64,000 bases of DNA from an uncultured Candidatus Saccharibacteria bacterium (GCA_964585475.1 CAZPDF010000005.1:3323-67322), one strand, 5' to 3'; numbered from the stretch's first letter, positions 1 to 9,373 are shown. Notes: a model not told the origin generated them from the letters alone. Translations and numbers: made by a program.

Positions 1-313
1 TTCGTGTAGCAAGTCCTAAACCGGGCAGTATTATAACGAGCCCCCTTGAAATTAGGGGAGAGGCGCGGGGGATTTGGTTTTTTGAGGCATCATTTCCGGT
101 GCGGCTTCTTGACGGTAACGGATCGGAGATTGTGAGGGATCACGCTGAAGCCGAAAGCGATTGGATGACGGAAAATTTCGTGCCGTTTAGGGCCATCCTT
201 AATTTTAGGACGTCGAATACGCGAGAAGGAACTTTGATTTTGGAAAAAGATAATCCGTCCGGGCTTCCGGAGAATGATGACGAGCTGCGAATACCGATTA
301 GATTTCGCTAAGT

Positions 314-829
314 TTGTTTTGGTATATGGATCAAGCCATTTTTCGTCCTATTCTTATTACGGTTGTCGTTTTCACCATCCTCGTTGGGATCGCTTTTTTT
401 ATTTCCCCGTATCTCTTTCCGAAAGTCGAGGAGGGAAGTGGCGTCGTGCCCAAAACGCCTGTATCAGAACACCCGCCTGAAATTCCTGCGGTTTCTCCGC
501 CGATCAGGATAAAGAATGAAGAGGAATTTAGGGGGGCCGAGGTAAGATATTCAGATCGAGGATTTTTACCAAAAAATATAGATCTTTCGCGCCAAGCCCC
601 GGAAGATAACTGTTTTATAAAGATTATAAATGAAAGCATTTTGCCGCTCACCATTCGTTTAAGTCCGCATAGCCCCAAAGACGATCGCGGTTTTCACTAT
701 ACCCCTATTCCTCCGGCAGAAGCTCTCATTATTGATCCGCGATACGGCACCATGGAGAATTTATCTTTTCATAATCACGCCAAGCCAATAGACGAGTTTT
801 CGGTTACGCTCGACCCGATCTGTTTTTGA
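314..829 (+). CDS. hypothetical protein with N-terminal transmembrane segment
   Basis: 171-aa ORF with a hydrophobic N-terminus (ILITVVVFTILVGIAFFISPYLF). No recognisable motif. A hairpin plus T-run lies downstream at about 886-915. Confidence 0.3.
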   Translation: MFWYMDQAIFRPILITVVVFTILVGIAFFISPYLFPKVEEGSGVVPKTPVSEHPPEIPAVSPPIRIKNEEEFRGAEVRYSDRGFLPKNIDLSRQAPEDNCFIKIINESILPLTIRLSPHSPKDDRGFHYTPIPPAEALIIDPRYGTMENLSFHNHAKPIDEFSVTLDPICF

Positions 830-1001
830 TTGGATTTGTCATTATCACTCCGCAAGATTTAAAATTGATCCCTGTGTTTACATAAAATAAGGCCGTCCAA
901 GGGCTGGACGGCTATTTATGCGGCGGCGCAAACCGGGATTTTCTCAGCTACAACACGACGACGAGGGTTCATTTTGTTCCATTACTGACTTTTGCTACAG
1001 T

Positions 1002-1433
1002 TCAGGGCGTTTTCTTAGGTTTGTTTATAAGCACAAAGTGGGGAATCGGCGGACCCAAATACGAGTTGGCGAGATCCTCAAAGTCACGGGAAAAAGAACG
1101 GTTTTTTTCGCGATCCATACCCATGTGCTCGGCGAGTTTCCTGATATGCTGCAGAAAAGCGGGATGAATAACGCGTTGCCATTTGGGGTCGTTACAGCCG
1201 CGAGGACACTCGACTCGACCAGCTACGGGGTGCAACCATGAGCCCTCCCCTTCACATGCGGAGCAATCCGGATCCGGACGGATAACCTTGATCCATTTTG
1301 TCGTTGGCGTGAGGCGGCGTGCGAGCGCTCTGATAAGCGGGGGTCCAAAGAATATCAGAGAAAAAAACAGGAGGAAAAATGTCCGCGACTCGATTAGGGT
1401 CATTGCCGTCTCTTCCCATGGCTTTTCTATCAT
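1002..1433 (-). CDS. hypothetical membrane-anchored Cys-cluster protein
   Basis: 143-aa ORF with an N-terminal hydrophobic stretch and a CxxC...CxxxC cluster (CSACEGEG...ECPRGC). It is more protein-like than the overlapping + strand ORF. Confidence 0.3.
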   Translation of the reverse strand: MIEKPWEETAMTLIESRTFFLLFFSLIFFGPPLIRALARRLTPTTKWIKVIRPDPDCSACEGEGSWLHPVAGRVECPRGCNDPKWQRVIHPAFLQHIRKLAEHMGMDREKNRSFSRDFEDLANSYLGPPIPHFVLINKPKKTP

Positions 1434-1527
1434 TATAAGATGTAGCGAAAAAATAGCAAATGAAAATCAGCCCGTCTTCTAATGGTTCACCAATAGTTAA
1501 TTAAATGAGCCACCGTGAGGTGGCTTC

Positions 1528-2706
1528 TTATGATCGTGACGCTTCAACTGCCGCAGTAACCAGATTTTTAACCAATTCCCGCGTTTTTCCGTTAGAGTCA
1601 AATTCCGGCTTGAATTCCGTGATGTGGAAGAAATGGCAAGGCAGGGGAGATTTATGTATGGCTTCCATCGCCTCTCGTATCATGGTTTGATCCGGCACGG
1701 CAATACCCGGACATTCGATTTTGTGCCGGTAGTAGGATATATACCAGAGGTCGCGGATGAGGTTATATAAAGCGCGGTTTTTGTTCCGTAGTTTTGTCAT
1801 CTGGAAACGCTCTTGGGCCTCCCTACGCAGTCTTTGGGGGAGATGAGGACCGTAATCTACGCCCTGGATTACTTTGGAATCGAATGCGTCCAGATCAATT
1901 TCAAAGCCGAAACTCTGAAAAGTCGCCTCCCGCCCTGGTCTCATCTTTTTTCTTATCGCAAGCTGATTGAATCCGTGAGTATCGGCAAGGTAATAGGAGT
2001 TAAGAATCGAGAGGCCGTCCTCCACCGCAGTTTTAAAATCAGGTATGCCCTCGGCAGGAATTACACTAAAAAGATCTTTGAGGCCGGCGTGTTGGCCCTG
2101 GGAGTGTCGCAAAATGGCGTAGAGAAGATCCAATGGCGAGCGCCTGAAGTGCAGGACTTCGGGAAGAAGAATAAATGGTTCGAGAAACGCCATCTCAAGT
2201 TTCCGCGCTCCAAGAAAGAGGACAAACTCAAGAAGATTATGGTCAAGCGCCAAGCGGTAGGGGTTGGGTTTCGCGAGAAGCTTCCCGTGGGTTCGGTAGC
2301 TATAAATATCCATGTGTTGATCGAATACAAGGTTCATGTTTACTGGCCAGCCTTTTCGCCGGAGACATTTGATAATTGCGTATGAAACGGCGTTATCCGG
2401 CGAGAAAACTATGTCACTGGCCTCTACGTGTCGCATGATACTCGTATCCAATTCTTCGCGATTGGCAAGATCAAGATAAACAGTTTTTACGCCGAGCGTC
2501 TTCTCAAAACTCTCAAGCAGTGGTCGAATCAGTTCCTCGCTGGTTTTCGGCGGGGGTTTGGCGGGTCCTGCAGAGGTGGGGCATCCGGTTCCGAGCTCTA
2601 TGTTGGCAAAGACCACTTTGTTGATTGGCTGAATGAACAAATTACTTCTCCGATTATTCGATGGGGAGATTATAGCAGGAGATGCGGACTTTTTCCATAG
2701 CAACAA
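1528..2706 (-). CDS. hypothetical protein, possible SAM-dependent methyltransferase-like (MnmC/DUF752-like) N-terminal domain
   Basis: 392-aa ORF. The N-terminal IELGTGCPTSAGP resembles a glycine-rich MTase motif I. The rest is not recognised and the true start may lie downstream. Confidence 0.3.
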   Translation of the reverse strand: MLLWKKSASPAIISPSNNRRSNLFIQPINKVVFANIELGTGCPTSAGPAKPPPKTSEELIRPLLESFEKTLGVKTVYLDLANREELDTSIMRHVEASDIVFSPDNAVSYAIIKCLRRKGWPVNMNLVFDQHMDIYSYRTHGKLLAKPNPYRLALDHNLLEFVLFLGARKLEMAFLEPFILLPEVLHFRRSPLDLLYAILRHSQGQHAGLKDLFSVIPAEGIPDFKTAVEDGLSILNSYYLADTHGFNQLAIRKKMRPGREATFQSFGFEIDLDAFDSKVIQGVDYGPHLPQRLRREAQERFQMTKLRNKNRALYNLIRDLWYISYYRHKIECPGIAVPDQTMIREAMEAIHKSPLPCHFFHITEFKPEFDSNGKTRELVKNLVTAAVEASRS

Positions 2707-2740
2707 AAAAGCCGCGGCAAGGCGCCTGCGGCATTGAAAC

Positions 2741-3262
2741 CTATTCTGACAAAATTTCGTGTACTAACCCCAGCATCAATGCGTCTGCGGAAGTGAGAAC
2801 CGTTTCAGAGAGCATCATATTGAGGAAGGCCTTCTTCTCAATTTTACCGCCAGTTTTCTCTGCTACGATTTCAGCCAGTTTATCCTCACAGTGCCTAAGG
2901 TCTTTTCCGAGCCCATTAATCGTCGCCGTGCTGATCCGCACATCCTTGAAGTGCCTTCCCATCTGGTGAATGTATAAAGTTGTGTGCGGAGTGACGAATC
3001 TTCTCTCACCCGCCAGCAGTATGAGCAAAGCGGATGAATCCACCGAGCCCGAGCCAATGGTATGAAGCTTAGGTTTCCACACCAACCTGACCAGATCGTA
3101 GAAAGAAAAGGCGATATCCGTAAATCCACCCTCGCTTGTCAGGATAAGGCGTATTACCTCGTCCTTATTTTCCTTTAACAGGTTGAGAATGCCCTTACTT
3201 ACTTCTTCGAAATTCTTTACGTTGACATCTCCAACCCACGGCAAGGTGCGGTCAAGATTCAT
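2741..3262 (-). CDS. ClpP-family (S14) serine protease-like protein
   Basis: TSEGGFTD and GSGSVDSSALLILLAG resemble the ClpP SPGG and active-site Ser motifs, and IHQ is present. At 173 aa it is shorter than canonical ClpP. Confidence 0.5.
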   Translation of the reverse strand: MNLDRTLPWVGDVNVKNFEEVSKGILNLLKENKDEVIRLILTSEGGFTDIAFSFYDLVRLVWKPKLHTIGSGSVDSSALLILLAGERRFVTPHTTLYIHQMGRHFKDVRISTATINGLGKDLRHCEDKLAEIVAEKTGGKIEKKAFLNMMLSETVLTSADALMLGLVHEILSE

Positions 3263-3345
3263 ATACCCCCCATTTGGTGCTAAATTTTTAAGAACAGTAA
3301 AACTAAAATAGCATAATATAGATTATTCGTCAAGCCATTTTTCTA

Positions 3346-4383
3346 CTATATGAACGTGGCTCCTAAAAGATCAGGATGCCCCAGAAGAAATGCCTGTGTC
3401 TCTATACTCTTTTTCCCCTCAAGTTTGAGTTTTTTTACAAGAAGTCCTCCTTTGCCGCACTTTACGAGTATCACGTCTTTTTGCTCGCCCGAGATATAAC
3501 CCGGAGAGCCGGCCGGAATATCATCTCGAACCGTATCTGCCTCCTCGATCTTAATGCGGCAGATTTTTTCCCCAGATGGCCAGATGGTCCACGTTCCTGG
3601 CCACGGATTGAAAGCGCGAACCATCCGCTCGATTTCTTCTGCTGGCCGCGACCAATTAATTCTGCCGTCGTCTTTTTTAAGAATTTTGGAATAAGTCGCT
3701 TGGGAATCGTTTTGTGGTACCGGCGTAATCTCTCTCCTGATCCATTTTGGTAGCGTTTCAATTAAAAGCTCTGCCCCCAATTTCGCCAGCTCATCGTGTA
3801 GGGTTTTGTAATTTGTAATTTGTAATTTGTAATTTTCCAATTGTCGCCATGCGACAATTGGACCGTGATCCATCTGTTCATCCACTTTTATGATCGTTAC
3901 TCCGGTCTCCGTATCGCCTTTAAGAATGGTGTATTGAATCGGCGAAGGCCCGCGCCAACGAGGGAGGAGGGAGGGATGAATGTTCAAGAACCCGAGTTTC
4001 GGAATTTCTAGAATCTCTCTTAGAATAATTTTTCCGTAAGCCGCTACAATACAAAGATCCGGCTGAAGTTCTGAAAATTCTTTCGCAAAAAAAGGATTGG
4101 ATTTCAACGTTTCCGGCTGAAAAACCGGAATTTTACCCCGCACCTTTTCTGAACTGCGCTTCGCGCGAGAATCTACTGGTTCAGAAAAGGTGCGGGGTTT
4201 ATGTTTCTCGGCAAATACCTTCACCGGCGGGGGAGTGAGAATCTGTTTTCGGCCAACCGGCTCATCAGGATTTGTTACCACGGCAACAATGTTACAGCCA
4301 GCTTCAATAAGCGCCTCAAGCGAGGGAAGCGCAAATTCCGGCGTACCCCAGAAAATTATTTTAATTTCTTTTACCTGCGTCAT
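3346..4383 (-). CDS. fmt: methionyl-tRNA formyltransferase
   Basis: IIFWGTPEFA...VVTNPDEPVGRK, NIHPSLLPRWRGPSPIQ and the C-terminal domain are present. It is paired with def. It contains two unusual in-frame inserts (see repeats). Confidence 0.9.
   Translation of the reverse strand: MTQVKEIKIIFWGTPEFALPSLEALIEAGCNIVAVVTNPDEPVGRKQILTPPPVKVFAEKHKPRTFSEPVDSRAKRSSEKVRGKIPVFQPETLKSNPFFAKEFSELQPDLCIVAAYGKIILREILEIPKLGFLNIHPSLLPRWRGPSPIQYTILKGDTETGVTIIKVDEQMDHGPIVAWRQLENYKLQITNYKTLHDELAKLGAELLIETLPKWIRREITPVPQNDSQATYSKILKKDDGRINWSRPAEEIERMVRAFNPWPGTWTIWPSGEKICRIKIEEADTVRDDIPAGSPGYISGEQKDVILVKCGKGGLLVKKLKLEGKKSIETQAFLLGHPDLLGATFI
3804..3838. repeat. heptanucleotide microsatellite (ATTTGTA)x4-5 inside fmt coding region
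   Basis: The sequence ttttgta atttgta atttgta atttgta attt is seen directly. It encodes NYKLQITNYK in the Fmt interdomain linker. Confidence 0.8.
4135..4198. repeat. perfect 20-bp-arm palindromic element inserted in-frame in fmt
   Basis: The arms accccgcaccttttctgaac / gttcagaaaaggtgcggggt surround a 24-nt loop. The element encodes the extra segment SEPVDSRAKRSSEKVRGKIP, absent from typical Fmt. Confidence 0.8.
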
Positions 4384-4550
4384 GTGACACTTTTTATATT
4401 TCTTCCCAACAACGTTCTTACATTCTCAAGTATGTTGGTATGTTTTTATCTCCCATGACACATTTTATATTTCTTTCTGGACTATTCGCTTATTCGTACG
4501 AATAAGCGAATAGTCTCCCACATCGCATGACACTTTTTATATTTTTTTTC
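4381..4550. repeat. def-fmt intergenic array: three ~25-bp direct repeats (catgacacWttttatatttctt) at ~73-bp spacing plus a perfect 32-bp palindrome (4482-4513)
   Basis: Copies lie at about 4381, 4454 and 4526. The first contains the fmt ATG. The palindrome is ctattcgcttattcgta|cgaataagcgaatag. Confidence 0.7.
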
Positions 4551-4555
4551 GCCAA

Positions 4556-5137
4556 TCACTTTGTCATGGAACGGCTCTCGATTATTCTCTCCGCTTTATC
4601 TATAAAAAGCGTCCCGTCCAGATGATCCAGTTCGTGCTGCACCACCCGGGAAAAAAAACGCGAGGCGCCGCGGGTGAATTTTTTGCCATGCTCATCATAT
4701 GCCACCACCGTGATTTTTTCGTGCCGCTTTACGGAGCCGAATTTCCCCGGGACCGAAAGGCACCCTTCTGCTCCATCCAGTTTGTTTTTGGACATCTTTT
4801 TTATTGTGGGATTTATGAATACATAATATTTCCATTCCCGCATTTCATACGGTTTTTCATTCTTTTCCGAGATGTCATCCTCGCGTTTGCGCTTCCATCC
4901 TGCCTTCTCCGCCTTATCGATCTCTTCCGCTTCTTCGGAGATGATAAAGATGCGCAGGGATTCTCCTATCTGCGGCGCGGCAAGTCCTACCCCGTCAGGA
5001 GTAATTTTGAGCGTTTCTTTCATATTCGAAATCAACCTTCGTATTTTGGGAGTAGCAAGGTCTTTAATTTGGACCCCACGAGCGACTTGACGAAGTGTGG
5101 CCTGCGGAGTTTTAATTATGGATAGCACCCTGGACAT
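4556..5137 (-). CDS. def: peptide deformylase
   Basis: GVGLAAPQIG, EGCLSVPG and HELDHLDG metal-binding motifs are present. An acidic/basic insert of about 40 aa (EEAEEIDKAEKAGWKRKREDD...) is also present. Confidence 0.9.
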   Translation of the reverse strand: MSRVLSIIKTPQATLRQVARGVQIKDLATPKIRRLISNMKETLKITPDGVGLAAPQIGESLRIFIISEEAEEIDKAEKAGWKRKREDDISEKNEKPYEMREWKYYVFINPTIKKMSKNKLDGAEGCLSVPGKFGSVKRHEKITVVAYDEHGKKFTRGASRFFSRVVQHELDHLDGTLFIDKAERIIESRSMTK

Positions 5138-5152
5138 AGTTAGGTGGAATAG

Positions 5153-5533
5153 ATGGATTTGTTAATTAATGCCCTTTTCGGACTCTTTCTTGTTTTTTGG
5201 GCCGTGTTTACGGCGAAATTCTATCTTGGTATCCTTTGGAAGTTACGGGAGAGGAATGTCCCGCTGCGTGGAAAAGTGATCGTGATGGTCGCGATGGGCT
5301 GGTTTTCTTGTCTCGGTTTACTTATCACCTTATTAGCGCTCGATTATTTTTCTATATTCTTTCCGCGCGATCCTATAGAGCGGTTCATCTATTTTGATCT
5401 TCTTGAACAAAAGTATGCGTTGGCGGTAGGAATTTATATGGCGGTTGCGTTCTATTTGAGTTATTGCCACCATTTTCCTAAGAAGTACCCCCCAAGCCAG
5501 ACAGCCCGAAAAGTTGATATTCACTATTTGTGA
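5153..5533 (+). CDS. hypothetical small integral membrane protein
   Basis: 126 aa with 3-4 hydrophobic helices. Confidence 0.35.
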   Translation: MDLLINALFGLFLVFWAVFTAKFYLGILWKLRERNVPLRGKVIVMVAMGWFSCLGLLITLLALDYFSIFFPRDPIERFIYFDLLEQKYALAVGIYMAVAFYLSYCHHFPKKYPPSQTARKVDIHYL

Positions 5534-5826
5534 GATTCTCGCGGAGATTTTTTTCTCCGCTTTTCCTTTTTTCTCTTGTTCAATTTTGCGCCTGGTCGTT
5601 TAGAGAGGCCTTTTAAAGCCGCAAAAAAATATTTCCCGCGCGCCTCCAGCGGCAAATCGTCTTTCTCAAGCACCCTCCGCGCGAGGGCCCGCAGGTCAGA
5701 TTCATAGTAAAGTTTAGCAATGCCAAGATAAGCTGCAAAGCGCTTGGGTTCCGACATCATGCGTGACACGTCATCGGCTAGGACGTGTTCCCGTGAGTGA
5801 AGGTGTGTATCCGGGGTCAATCTCAT
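5524..5826 (-). CDS. hypothetical protein with highly basic C-terminus
   Basis: 100 aa with a KLNKRKKEKRRKKSPRESHK tail. Confidence 0.3.
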   Translation of the reverse strand: MRLTPDTHLHSREHVLADDVSRMMSEPKRFAAYLGIAKLYYESDLRALARRVLEKDDLPLEARGKYFFAALKGLSKRPGAKLNKRKKEKRRKKSPRESHK

Positions 5827-5912
5827 ATCCTTACTATTTTATTACATTTCTTGACATTCGTAAATCGGTTGGATAACCTTGATTTAGATCTCTTTGCGGA
5901 GGGAGGAGAAGA

Positions 5913-6743
5913 ATGCCGACTTTTGTTATTGAACTGACGATGTTAAAATTCCTCTCTTCGGTTCTCCGCGATTTCGATTCAAGCTTCGTAATTGTGAATA
6001 GCTTGGACGATCCGCGTCTCTTGGTAAAAATTTTGGAAAGAGACGATTTCCCGTTGGGTACGGAGGTGATTACTTCGGAACTATCTGCGGTGTCCTGCGA
6101 AGAATTATGGAAAGAATTTAGTATCGACCGCAGAGATGTTGCAAAAGAACTTGCCAGTCGTGGTATCCCGGACGAATTAAAGTCCGTTTCGTTCAAGAAG
6201 CAGTTGAGATTGTGGCTCGGTATGCCGGTGATGGAAGGTGGGAAATGCTACAACGCTTATATTTTGCTTGACCGGGGAGAAATAAAATTCATTCACCGCA
6301 AGCGCCACATATACACGAAAGAGGAAAAGGCGATTTTTGATCGCCCTCGCATCTACGACGGTCATTTCGAAGGACGCACAGTTCTTATTTGCCACGAGCT
6401 TTTCGGCGCCTGGGATCCTACATGGCATAAATGCCATACCCCGGAAGTAAGAAGCAGGAAATCAAGGATAATTCTGGTTCCTGCCTACTGGGGTTGGGGG
6501 GCCGGCAACCCAAAAACACTAATACGGGCTGCACGGGAGGTTGTTTGGAGAGTTAAAGAGCCGAGTGACCGCAAGTCCGCCATGCACCCATCCGGTGCGC
6601 TTTTGCTTCTTGCCAATGCCAAGTGGGCTGCAGTGTTCGGGCCGCTTGAGAAAGGAAGACAAAAAGGCGGCTGTTACGCCCGTCTTGATAAACCCGGCTG
6701 GATCCGCGTTTCCCGAACCTCCCTTTCCACCAATGAGTTATAA
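5913..6743 (+). CDS. carbon-nitrogen hydrolase (nitrilase superfamily) family protein
   Basis: IHRKRHIYTKEE matches the nitrilase K-x-HL motif, and VLICHELFG matches the catalytic Cys motif. Confidence 0.55.
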   Translation: MPTFVIELTMLKFLSSVLRDFDSSFVIVNSLDDPRLLVKILERDDFPLGTEVITSELSAVSCEELWKEFSIDRRDVAKELASRGIPDELKSVSFKKQLRLWLGMPVMEGGKCYNAYILLDRGEIKFIHRKRHIYTKEEKAIFDRPRIYDGHFEGRTVLICHELFGAWDPTWHKCHTPEVRSRKSRIILVPAYWGWGAGNPKTLIRAAREVVWRVKEPSDRKSAMHPSGALLLLANAKWAAVFGPLEKGRQKGGCYARLDKPGWIRVSRTSLSTNEL

Positions 6744-6827
6744 TCCACATTGCCGCGTATAGTTTCCGCAGAGTTGACGAAATAGAACAGATGTGCTACT
6801 CTATCTTTAGCACAAAAGAGGTTCGCC

Positions 6828-7058
6828 GTGAAGGAATATACGACTCTACGGGAGGCGATTAGAGTTCTTGGTAAACACGTGAAAGAAGAGGATGTAGAGA
6901 TTGCAAAACTTTACAAGGAAAGCAATCCAAAATTGGATCGAGGAGCTCTTGGTACTCTACTTGAGCACGAGGGTCTAGGCATAGGTCATCATACCCATAG
7001 TGGGTGTGCCGATCGATGCGAATACATAAATTTGGTTTTGGATAGAATTCCAATCTAA
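6828..7058 (+). CDS. hypothetical small protein
   Basis: 76-aa ORF followed by a hairpin/T-run terminator. Confidence 0.25.
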   Translation: MKEYTTLREAIRVLGKHVKEEDVEIAKLYKESNPKLDRGALGTLLEHEGLGIGHHTHSGCADRCEYINLVLDRIPI

Positions 7059-7061
7059 CTA

Positions 7062-7090
7062 CCCGCACGGCTCTGTCCTGCGGTATTTTT
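7062..7090 (+). terminator. rho-independent terminator-like hairpin + T-run
   Basis: The sequence is cccgcacggctctgtcctgcgg tatttttta. Confidence 0.45.
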
Positions 7091-7203
7091 TATACAAAAG
7101 CAGGAATCAATTTCAAATCTTCCCCTATCCTTACTCAATCCAGAGTTCTAAACGTAGCTAGTTTCGCGACTTTCTTTTTTATAAAATTTGTGATATCATT
7201 TTT

Positions 7204-8529
7204 ATGATGAAGAGGGGATCAGTTGATGAGGTTATTTATTTTATCGGCATTGGCGGCATAGGAGTATCCGCCCTTGCTAAATATTATCTTTCTACTGGTG
7301 CTAAAGTAAGCGGCTCGGATTTGGTATCTTCCGAAAACACTGATGAGCTTAAGAAATTGGGCGTAGCGATACGAATAGGCAAGCAAGCGAGAAAAAATTT
7401 GCCAAAAGACGTTACGTTTCTTATTTATACCGCCGCCACGCCGCGCGATAACCCGGAACTGCAGGAGGTACGCCGGAGAAAGCTTAAAGTTCAAAGTTAT
7501 CCCGAGGCAATAGGGGATCTTACCAAGCGATACAAGACCATAACCGTATCCGGCGCCCACGGGAAAAGCACCACGACTGCTCTGGCCGCGCTGGTGCTTG
7601 AAGAAGGATATTTTGACCCTACCGTTATTGTCGGAACGCGGGTGAAGGAATTTGGCAATTCAAACTTCCGCCTGGGCCGCGGCTCGCATTTGGTTCTTGA
7701 AGCCGACGAGTGGAACAAATCGTTTTTAAAGTATGCTCCCCAAATCGCTATCGTGACGAATATTGATGCGGAGCATTTGGATACGTATAAAACAGTTGAC
7801 GCGGTGGAGCGCGCATTTGCCGAGTATCTGGGGAAGGTGCCGGCGGAGGGCGCGATCATTGCCAATCGCGATGACCGGCGGCTTGCCAAAATCGCCAGAA
7901 AATTCGGTAAGAAGGTGATATGGTATTCGCGAGGTGACGAGGAGGCCGGTGCCATGAGGCATTTTCTGCGAGTGCCCGGAGAGCATAACGTCGTAAATGC
8001 GCTGGCCGCATTGCGGCTGGGTCAGGTCCTCGGAATACAGTCGCCCTCGATTTGGCGCGCCGTATCGCGCTTTAGCGGTACGTGGAGAAGGTTTGAATTT
8101 AAAGGGATTTCGAAGGGCGCTTTTATTTTTACCGATTACGGGCATCATCCATCGGAAATTCAAGCGACGCTATCTGCCGCGAGGGAGCGTTTTCCATTCC
8201 GGCGCATATGGTGCGTATACCAGCCGCATCAGTATCAGCGCCTCGCTTATTTATGGGACGATTTTATTGGCGCATTTGACATGGCGGACCGTGTATGTCT
8301 GCTTCCTGTTTATGATGTTGTCGGGCGGGAGACGAAGACGGCAAAATCGCGGGTGAGTTCCGAAAAACTTGCGCATGCGATTGCATCGCGCGGCAAGGAC
8401 GTCTATTACCATACATCTTTTGCTCAAGCGAAGTCATTCATAGATTCCAAGATCCGCCCCGGAGATATCCTGCTTATTATGGGAGCGGGCGACATCTATC
8501 AACTGACAAATCAGATAACGGCGCACTGA
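7204..8529 (+). CDS. murC: UDP-N-acetylmuramate--L-alanine ligase
   Basis: GIGGIGVSALAKYY, GAHGKSTTTA (P-loop), and Mur ligase middle and C-terminal domains are present. Confidence 0.9.
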   Translation: MMKRGSVDEVIYFIGIGGIGVSALAKYYLSTGAKVSGSDLVSSENTDELKKLGVAIRIGKQARKNLPKDVTFLIYTAATPRDNPELQEVRRRKLKVQSYPEAIGDLTKRYKTITVSGAHGKSTTTALAALVLEEGYFDPTVIVGTRVKEFGNSNFRLGRGSHLVLEADEWNKSFLKYAPQIAIVTNIDAEHLDTYKTVDAVERAFAEYLGKVPAEGAIIANRDDRRLAKIARKFGKKVIWYSRGDEEAGAMRHFLRVPGEHNVVNALAALRLGQVLGIQSPSIWRAVSRFSGTWRRFEFKGISKGAFIFTDYGHHPSEIQATLSAARERFPFRRIWCVYQPHQYQRLAYLWDDFIGAFDMADRVCLLPVYDVVGRETKTAKSRVSSEKLAHAIASRGKDVYYHTSFAQAKSFIDSKIRPGDILLIMGAGDIYQLTNQITAH

Positions 8530-9329
8530 TGAGTAACGTAGAAATAAAGAACCACCAAATAAATATTAAGGGGCTTAATGTCTATTACAGAACCGCAGGC
8601 GATTCAAATAACTCGCCCGTAATACTATTAAACGGCTGGGGCGCACGGACTACAGGCTTTTTACTGGGAAGCGACAAGGTTATTAGAGAGTTAGTAAGGC
8701 ACCGATTTTACGTGTATTCTCCCGAACATCCGGGCCTTATGCGTTCCGAGACGCCGAAAGAGATTTGGGGATTTAAAGAATATGACGAGTATCTTGAAGA
8801 GTTTATCCAAAAACTCAACATTAAAAATTTTATTCTCATCGGTCAATCATTTGGCGGAGCAGTGGCAACGGCTTATGCTGCCGAGCATCCATCGGATATA
8901 AGGGTACTGGTTCTAGTAAGCGCTGGTCTCTCAAGTGATAAATTGCATGGGTTTCTCTTCCGCCATCTTTTATATGGGAAATGCTTTAGTTTAACCCTCC
9001 GATCAAAATTTGTATTAAAAACAGTTAAGAAATTGTTTGCATCGGCAGTTCTTGGAATACCGTGGAGTCATTTGGAAAAAGAGAACTTGGAGAACCGAGC
9101 AACTATGGGCGAGATCTTTTCGCAGTGGTCGTTAGAAAATATGTATAAAAAGGTAACAACCAAAACTATCTTAATCTGGGGAAAATACGATCAGTTTTTT
9201 CCTATTTCTTCAGCCCGAAAGGTGGCCACAGAGTTACCAAACGTAAGGTTATATGTAGTTAATGCCGGTCACAGCGTTCTTTACAGGAATCCTAAAAGGA
9301 CGGTTGAGCTTATAGTGAGCGCTCTATGA
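8529..9329 (+). CDS. alpha/beta-fold hydrolase
   Basis: GQSFGG nucleophile elbow with the fold pattern. The start overlaps the murC stop (ATGA). Confidence 0.7.
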   Translation: MSNVEIKNHQINIKGLNVYYRTAGDSNNSPVILLNGWGARTTGFLLGSDKVIRELVRHRFYVYSPEHPGLMRSETPKEIWGFKEYDEYLEEFIQKLNIKNFILIGQSFGGAVATAYAAEHPSDIRVLVLVSAGLSSDKLHGFLFRHLLYGKCFSLTLRSKFVLKTVKKLFASAVLGIPWSHLEKENLENRATMGEIFSQWSLENMYKKVTTKTILIWGKYDQFFPISSARKVATELPNVRLYVVNAGHSVLYRNPKRTVELIVSAL

Positions 9330-9373
9330 TTTTTTTATAGGTAAAGAACGTTTAATATACCCACAGTGGACTG

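Noticed and set aside
99-311. 70-aa ORF at window start
   Set aside because: No motif support. It overlaps the start region of the following ORF and cannot be supported from sequence alone.
918-1241. + strand 107-aa ORF overlapping the 1002-1433 minus ORF
   Set aside because: The minus-strand ORF has a TM segment and a Cys cluster typical of real small proteins. The + ORF is Arg/Gly-rich with no features. Neither is strongly supported.
4381-4550. Possible mini-CRISPR array (three ~25-bp repeats at 73-bp spacing)
   Set aside because: The repeats are AT-rich, non-identical and include the fmt start codon. There are only three copies and no cas genes in the window. They are better explained as a promoter or regulatory, or decayed repeat, array.
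7497-8163. Six-frame ORFs antisense to murC (7497-7955, 7726-8163) and similar antisense or overlapping ORFs within groEL, uvrA, dnaK, gltX and others
   Set aside because: They overlap strongly supported housekeeping genes on the opposite strand. They have no recognisable motifs and biased, low-complexity composition. They were treated as spurious.
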